Shown here: positions 62,366 through 64,000 of the stretch, piece after piece
Position numbering within the stretch: position 1 is the first letter of the stretch
Layout: each line of letters starts with the position of its first letter
Source: Lama guanicoe
Lineage: Eukaryota
Reading direction: 5' to 3'
NCBI GenBank assembly: GCA_013239625.1
Contig: MU054187.1
Span: forward strand, 19,814,200 to 19,878,199
Length of the DNA stretch: 64,000 nt
Made by a program: the position numbers and the translations under genes
Notes under the pieces: model-generated
Seen by the model: the letters and a program-made list of their open reading frames with translations, nothing else
Told to the model about the DNA's origin: nothing
The model's database searches: none

Positions 62366-64000
62366 TGGAAAGATATCCCATGCTCCTGGATTGGAAGAAT
62401 CAATATTGTTAAAATGGTCACACTGCCCAAGGCAATCTACAGATTTAATGCAGTCCCTATCAAATTACCCAGGACATATTTCACAGAACTAGAAAAAATC
62501 ATAATAAAATTTATATGGAACCACAAAAGACCTAGAATTGCCAAAGCATTACTGAAGAAAAAGAAAGAGGCTGGAGGAATAACTCTCCCAGACTTCACAC
62601 AATACTACAGAGTTACAGTAATCAAGACAGCATGCTATTGGTACAAAGACAGACATATGGACCAATGGAACAGAACAGAGAGCCCAGAAATGAACCCACA
62701 AACTTTTGGTCAACTAATCTTCGACAAAGGAGGCAAGAATATACAATGGAACAAAGGCAGTATCTTCAGCAAATGGTACTGGGAAAACTGGACAGCAGCA
62801 TGTATATCCATGAAGCTAGAACACTCCCTTACACCATACACAAAAACAAACTCTAAATGGATCAAAGACTTAAACATAAAAAAAGATACAATAAACCTCC
62901 TAGAAGAAAATATAGGCAAAACATTATGTGACATACACCTCAAAAATGTTCTCCTAGGGCAGTCCACCCAAGCAATAGAAATAAAAGCAAGAATAAACAA
63001 ATGGGACCTAATGAAACTCACAAGCTTCTGCACATCAAAGGAAACAATAAGTCAAGCAAAACGACAACCTACGGAATGGGAGAAAATTTTTGCAAATGAA
63101 ACTGACGAAGGCTTGACCTCCAGAATATACAAGCAGCTCATACAACTTAATAAGAAAAAAACAAACAACCCAATCCAAAAATGGGCAGAAGACCTAAACA
63201 AGCAATTCTCCAAGGAAGAAATACGAATGATCAATAGGCACATGAAAAAATTCTCAATATCACTAATTATCAGAGAAATGCAAATCAAAACTACAGTGAG
63301 GTATCATCTCACACCAGTCAGAATGGCCGTCATTCAAAAGTCCACAAATGTCAAATGCTGGAGAGGCTGTGGAGAAAAGGGAACCCTTCTCTACTGCTGG
63401 TGGGAATGCAGTTTGGTGCAGCCACTGTGGCAAACAGTATGGAGATTCCTCAAAAGACTAGGAATAGACTTATCATATGACCCAGGAATCCTGCTCCTGG
63501 GCATATATCCGGAAGGAACCCTCTTTCCAAATGACACCTGCACCCCAATGTTCATAGCAGCACTATTTCCAATAGCCAAGACATGGAAACAGCCTAAATG
63601 TCCATCAACAGATGAGTGGATAAAGAAGAAGTGGTATATTTATACAATGGAATACTATTCAGCCATAAAAACCGACAACATAATGCCATTTGCAGCAACA
63701 TGGATGTTCCTGGAGAATGTCATTCTAAGTGAAGTAAGCCAGAAAGAGAAAGAAAAATACCATATGAGATCGCTGATTTGTGGAATCTAAAAAAAAAACA
63801 AAACCCATAAATACAAAACAGAAACAGACTCATAGACATAGAATACAATAGACATAGAATACAAACTTGTGGTTGCCAGGGGGACGGGGGGTGGGAAGAG
63901 ACAGACTGGGATTTCAAAATGTAGAATAGATAAACAAGATTGTATATTGTGTAGCAAAATAGGTACAGGATCTTGTGGTGGCTCATAGCGAAAGAGAATG
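62366..64000 (+). mobile_element. Young 5'-truncated LINE-1: C-terminal ~475 codons of ORF2 (stop at 63788-63790) plus 3' UTR running off the window
   Basis: Uninterrupted frame [29 protein letters not shown]...[18 protein letters not shown]...[19 protein letters not shown] is the ORF2p region after the RT core. The endonuclease domain and YADD motif are absent, and the ORF track start is a flanking TTG. Confidence 0.97.

Noticed and set aside
62354..63790. 478-aa ORF as a cellular gene or active retroelement
   Set aside because: It is the C-terminal part of L1 ORF2p, without the endonuclease domain, RT catalytic core, promoter or a true ATG start.
1..64000. CpG-island promoter or a named host gene
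   Set aside because: No CpG-dense segment was seen and no exon could be assigned to a known protein, so intronic versus intergenic status cannot be decided from the sequence alone.

Overview
AT-rich, CpG-poor mammalian genomic DNA made up mostly of repeats, with one 260-N assembly gap (20505-20764). Camelid-type tRNA-derived SINEs (Vic-1-like) and the lack of recognisable Alu, B1, Bov-B, Bov-tA or PRE-1 point to a camelid (alpaca, llama or camel); this is an inference. No intact cellular gene, rRNA or tRNA gene can be supported. Two protein-derived segments are recognisable. One is a disabled, intronless CYP51A1 (lanosterol 14-alpha-demethylase) retro-fragment at about 33009-33610. The other is the 3' part of a young, 5'-truncated LINE-1 whose ORF2 frame is still open (about 62366 to the window end). 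The rest is L1 fragments of several ages, L2, MIR, MaLR/ERVL/ERV1 solo LTRs, hAT DNA-transposon relics and microsatellites. Repeat subfamily names come from recalled consensus sequences, not from a search. The most noteworthy structures are: (1) the CYP51A1 fragment has no poly(A) tail and sits antisense inside the (TA)n tract of an L1 3' UTR; (2) a ~2.1 kb, ~99% identical tandem duplication that breaks inside an LTR; (3) several ultra-short retro-insertions with clear target-site duplications (TSDs), one of unknown origin; (4) a twin-primed, 5'-inverted L1; (5) a nested 76-bp/18-bp micro-duplication; (6) two same-family ERV1 LTRs in inverted orientation. I found no convincing evidence of a new multi-gene biological system.
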